Below, piece after piece: positions 60,856-64,000 of a stretch of DNA of 64,000 nt (its first letter is position 1; the number at the start of each line of letters is the position of its first letter). This stretch comes from an uncultured Ruminococcus sp. (lineage in GTDB: Bacteria > Bacillota > Clostridia > Oscillospirales > Acutalibacteraceae), in assembly GCA_902793125.1 (NCBI GenBank), contig CADBCC010000008.1, forward strand, positions 1,492 through 65,491, written 5' to 3'. Position numbers and translations under genes: made by a program. The notes beneath the pieces are model-generated. The model was given only the letters and a program-made list of their open reading frames with translations. It had not been told where the DNA came from and ran no database searches.

Positions 60856-61177
60856 AGACAGTTACCTCCTGATTCTCACTTTTAATAAGCTGAGTAAGCT
60901 TTTTTGCGAATCCGTCGTCAAGTACCGCGATAACCACGCAGAATTTTCCGAGAGCCGTCGAAAGCTCGTCGCGCGAGCGGTTGAGTTTTAAGCACTCAAC
61001 ATTAGCATATCCGCACGCTTTTTTCAGCTTTTTTTCTGTATTTGAAGAGATGTCAACGGAAACTATTACAAGTTTAGCTTTGTTGTTTTTGATTTCGTCA
61101 ACAACGGCGTCGTTGCCGACGGTAAGTTTTCCCGCTCTGCGGCAAAGTCCGAGGAAATTTAAAATTTTATCATTCAA
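60842..61177 (-). CDS. ylxQ: L7Ae-family RNA-binding protein YlxQ
   Basis: ~110 aa, [12 protein letters not shown] motif. Lies between ylxR and infB. Confidence 0.88.
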   Translation of the reverse strand: MNDKILNFLGLCRRAGKLTVGNDAVVDEIKNNKAKLVIVSVDISSNTEKKLKKACGYANVECLKLNRSRDELSTALGKFCVVIAVLDDGFAKKLTQLIKSENQEVTVYDKI

Positions 61178-61472
61178 AATTTTTCAGCTCCTCTTTTATA
61201 CCGTCAAAAATCTCGTCGGGAATCTGTCTTTGAAAAGCGCGCTCAAAACGCTTCGCCTTAACCGCTTTTTCAAGACATTGTGTGCTTTTGCATACATATG
61301 CTCCGCGTCCCGGCATCTTTCCCGAAAGGTCTAAACTTAAACCGCCTTTTTCGAGAATTTCGCCGTTCTCGTTTTTTTTATCGGGAGCTTTTACTACGCG
61401 AGCTAAATCTCGTTTTGGTTTCATTTCGTTGCAGCCGATACATTTGCGCATCGGTATTTTTTTCTGTTTCAA
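61170..61472 (-). CDS. ylxR: YlxR/RnpM (DUF448) RNA-binding protein
   Basis: RKCIGCNEMKPKRDLARVV and GRGAYVC motifs. Confidence 0.9.
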   Translation of the reverse strand: MKQKKIPMRKCIGCNEMKPKRDLARVVKAPDKKNENGEILEKGGLSLDLSGKMPGRGAYVCKSTQCLEKAVKAKRFERAFQRQIPDEIFDGIKEELKNFE

Positions 61473-61477
61473 ACGAA

Positions 61478-62566
61478 TTACTCCTCAGTTTTTTCTGTTT
61501 CGTCCTCGTCTTCATCCTCGCCGTAGAAGCCCGATTCGGGGCGGATGTCGATTTTCCAGCCTGTAAGGCGAGCGGCAAGTCTTGCGTTCTGTCCTTTATT
61601 GCCTATAGCGAGCGAAAGCTGACCGTCGGGTACGGTAACCTTACAGCTTTTAGCGCTTTCGTCGAGAATTTCAACCTTTAAAACGGTAGCGGGGGAAAGC
61701 GCCGCGGCAATATATTCCTCGGGAATTTCGCTGTACTCGATGATATCGATTTTTTCGCCGCCTAATTCTGCTACAATTTCGTTTACACGGTCGCCTCTTG
61801 TACCGATACAGGAGCCGATAGCGTCGATATCTTCGTCGTTGGAAAGAACAGCCATTTTTGTACGGCTTCCGGCTTCTCTCGCGATGGACTTAATTTCTAC
61901 AACACCGTCGTAGATTTCGGGAACTTCCTGCTCAAAAAGACGCTTTACAAGCTCGGGGTTTGTTCGGCTGATCATAGCGCGGGGACCTCTTTCGTTGTCC
62001 TTAATATCGGCAACTAAAACTTTAATATTATCGCCGTCTTTAAGAACGCGGTCGCCGACCTGTTCGCTCTTGGGAAGAGTCGCTACAGCTTTGCCTATAC
62101 GGATAGTAGCCATTCCGTTTACGGGGTCAACTCTTTCAACTACAGCGGTAACAAGTTCGCCTAAGCGGCTTTTGAATTCCTGGAGCATCTGGCCTTTTTC
62201 GCCGTCGCGGATTCCCTGACGGATAACCGATCTTGCTGTCTGAACCGCGATACGTCCGAGCTGTTTCGGATCAAGGGGTACGTCGTATTCATCGCCGACG
62301 TTAATTTTCTTTCTCTTTTTGCGAACTTCTTCGAGAGAGATTTCAAAGTTGGGATCTTCAACTTCTTCAACAACGGTTTTTGTAAGTTTAACGTCGAAAG
62401 AGTTTTTCTCGGGATTTATTTTAAATACCACATTTTCGTTGCCGCCGTAAGAGTTCTTACACGCAACCTTAATCGCTCTTTCAATCTGCTCAAGCATATA
62501 GTCCATAGGGATTCCTTTTTCTTTTTCGAGCAGTTTAAGAGATGTAAATAATTCTTTGTTATTCAT
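61478..62566 (-). CDS. nusA: transcription termination/antitermination factor NusA
   Basis: NTD, S1 and two KH domains (CIGTRGDRV..., AIGNKGQNARLA). Confidence 0.97.
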   Translation of the reverse strand: MNNKELFTSLKLLEKEKGIPMDYMLEQIERAIKVACKNSYGGNENVVFKINPEKNSFDVKLTKTVVEEVEDPNFEISLEEVRKKRKKINVGDEYDVPLDPKQLGRIAVQTARSVIRQGIRDGEKGQMLQEFKSRLGELVTAVVERVDPVNGMATIRIGKAVATLPKSEQVGDRVLKDGDNIKVLVADIKDNERGPRAMISRTNPELVKRLFEQEVPEIYDGVVEIKSIAREAGSRTKMAVLSNDEDIDAIGSCIGTRGDRVNEIVAELGGEKIDIIEYSEIPEEYIAAALSPATVLKVEILDESAKSCKVTVPDGQLSLAIGNKGQNARLAARLTGWKIDIRPESGFYGEDEDEDETEKTEE

Positions 62567-62619
62567 TTTCCTATCATCCTTTCTGAAATTACGGGCTGAG
62601 AAAACTTCAGCAAAAATAT

Positions 62620-63090
62620 TTAATCAAAATCGTCAAGTTTTATCCAGGCGGCGTCTTTTTTATTAATTGTAACCTGATTTTCACCGCTGTGGTCTGTTAT
62701 TGTAACTTCGCCGTCGTTGAAATCGGAAAGAACTCCTTTGAATTCCTTGCCGATGTTTTCAATCGGACGAATCATTTTAACCATAATATCCGCGCCGATA
62801 AACCGGGTAAAGTGATCATCCCGAATCAGCTGTCTTTCGAGTCCGGGCGAACAAACCTCTAAAATATACGCTTCCGAAATCGGGTCGGCGTCGTCAAGAG
62901 GTTTATCAAGCGCTTTCGACATTTTTTCGCAATCGTTAATATCAACGCCGTTTTCCTTGTCGATAAAAATCCGCAAATAATAATTGGCGCCTTCTTTAAC
63001 GTAACGAACGTCCCAGAGATCAAGCCCCAGTTCGTGCGCAATAGGTTCGGCAATATTCCAAACCTTCTGTACGGTATTAAGTTTAGCCAT
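62620..63090 (-). CDS. rimP: ribosome maturation factor RimP
   Basis: ~156 aa, LEVCSPGLERQL motif. Located upstream of nusA. Confidence 0.94.
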   Translation of the reverse strand: MAKLNTVQKVWNIAEPIAHELGLDLWDVRYVKEGANYYLRIFIDKENGVDINDCEKMSKALDKPLDDADPISEAYILEVCSPGLERQLIRDDHFTRFIGADIMVKMIRPIENIGKEFKGVLSDFNDGEVTITDHSGENQVTINKKDAAWIKLDDFD

Positions 63091-63207
63091 ATTGTCCTCC
63101 TTTACAGAGTTTGAAGAAAACTTTTAAGGCTGCGCTCCTCGGCTTTTCTAAAGATAAAGGAGCAAGCTGTTCGCTCACTCCTCATACTTTCAATATTCAA
63201 CAATGGA

Positions 63208-63236
63208 ATTATAACACTTTCTTTTTATAAATGCAA
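63208..63236 (-). promoter_or_regulatory. promoter of the rimP-nusA-infB operon
   Basis: The minus strand reads TTGCAT, 17 nt, TATAAT. About 115 nt of leader precede the rimP ATG. Confidence 0.65.
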
Positions 63237-63254
63237 GTGTTTTAACTTATTTTT

Positions 63255-63815
63255 TTAGAAAACTATCTCGTTTTGGTCGTCTTTATATGCTTTCGGTTCT
63301 TTTTCCCCGCGGAAAACTATTCTGTACATAATTTCAAATACAAGGAAAACTAATTTCATAAACATAAATATCGACAAAGCTATTACTATAAAATAACCGA
63401 GTCCGTTTGTTATCAAGGGCTTTACAATCACTACGCCGTTCGAAATAGTTGTAACGGGAAGAAACAGAGCGATATAGTAGAAAACTCCGCTGATAGCAAA
63501 TTCGCAGAAAGTCGCGAATCTCGGCAGGAAAATCAGAATAGCCAGGAAAATAAGCAATGAAACAAGCCAGAAAGCTATCATTGCCGCGTTATCGTTCGGG
63601 TCTAAAATTCCGCTTAAAAATCTTGTAACCACGGATTTGTAAACACGCGCCGCGACAATATTGATAGGGATAATGAAAAGTAAAAACGGTAAAATAATAC
63701 GTACAAAAAGAGTGTACCATTTTCCCATATCTTCCTTATAACTGTCTATCTCATCAAGATACCAGCCGATTTTTTCTTTTCGATCTTTAAATTGATGTTT
63801 ATGTCCTTCAGCCAT
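63255..63815 (-). CDS. polytopic membrane protein, unknown function
   Basis: Start set at MAEGHKHQF after GAGGTG. Four or five TM helices. Confidence 0.7.
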   Translation of the reverse strand: MAEGHKHQFKDRKEKIGWYLDEIDSYKEDMGKWYTLFVRIILPFLLFIIPINIVAARVYKSVVTRFLSGILDPNDNAAMIAFWLVSLLIFLAILIFLPRFATFCEFAISGVFYYIALFLPVTTISNGVVIVKPLITNGLGYFIVIALSIFMFMKLVFLVFEIMYRIVFRGEKEPKAYKDDQNEIVF

Positions 63816-64000
63816 AATATTCACCTCGTTAGCAGTTTCTATATTTAACTTTATCAAATTAAAGGCTAAAAGTCAATAAAAAACAAGGGTGAAAAATATA
63901 AAAATGCAGGAGCAGAAAGCCCCTGCGTAAAAATTTTGATAATTTTTTGATTTACCGTTGGTTTATTAAAGCGTTTCACCGCAGACCGTAAATACTGTCG

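Overview
The window appears to be the replication-origin region of a Firmicutes (Bacillota) chromosome, probably a Clostridia-class anaerobe; the taxon is inferred from gene order only. From about 13.0 kb to 64 kb it is conserved core. Left of the origin, on the minus strand, lie tRNA-Thr, lexA, pbp2-mreDCB, dut, a U32 peptidase, zapA, guaB, serS, spo0J-soj-noc, rsmG-mnmG-mnmE, jag-yidC-yidD-rnpA-rpmH. The bipartite oriC flanks dnaA. Right of it, on the plus strand, lie dnaA-dnaN-yaaA-recF-remB, gyrB, gyrA and maf. The rimP-nusA-ylxR-ylxQ-infB-rbfA-nrnA-truB operon follows on the minus strand, which is head-on to the presumed replication direction. The first ~12.7 kb is a compositionally mosaic accessory region next to tRNA-Thr, with no recombinase visible in the window. 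It carries several defence-like modules. The most interesting is a tight three-gene operon (9651-12556, minus strand): a PD-(D/E)xK protein (sce7726-like), a Beta-protein/sce7725-like protein, and a zinc-ribbon-RES domain effector. I propose it as a candidate uncharacterised NAD+-targeting defence system. Other accessory genes are a PD-(D/E)xK-DUF2075 helicase-like ATPase, a DEDDh exonuclease paired with an unknown 250-aa protein, a macrodomain plus alpha/beta-hydrolase pair, a 52-aa hyper-acidic microprotein, and a DUF4143 AAA ATPase. There are also gene scars. The core region contains a ~100-bp repeat family I cannot assign. It occurs in tandem inside the mreBCD operon and in the infB-rbfA spacer, with diverged copies elsewhere. 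The core also has two perfect parS sites, a frameshifted lipoprotein gene, and a possible small RNA divergent from lexA. All functional calls come from reading motifs in the translations; no database search was possible.
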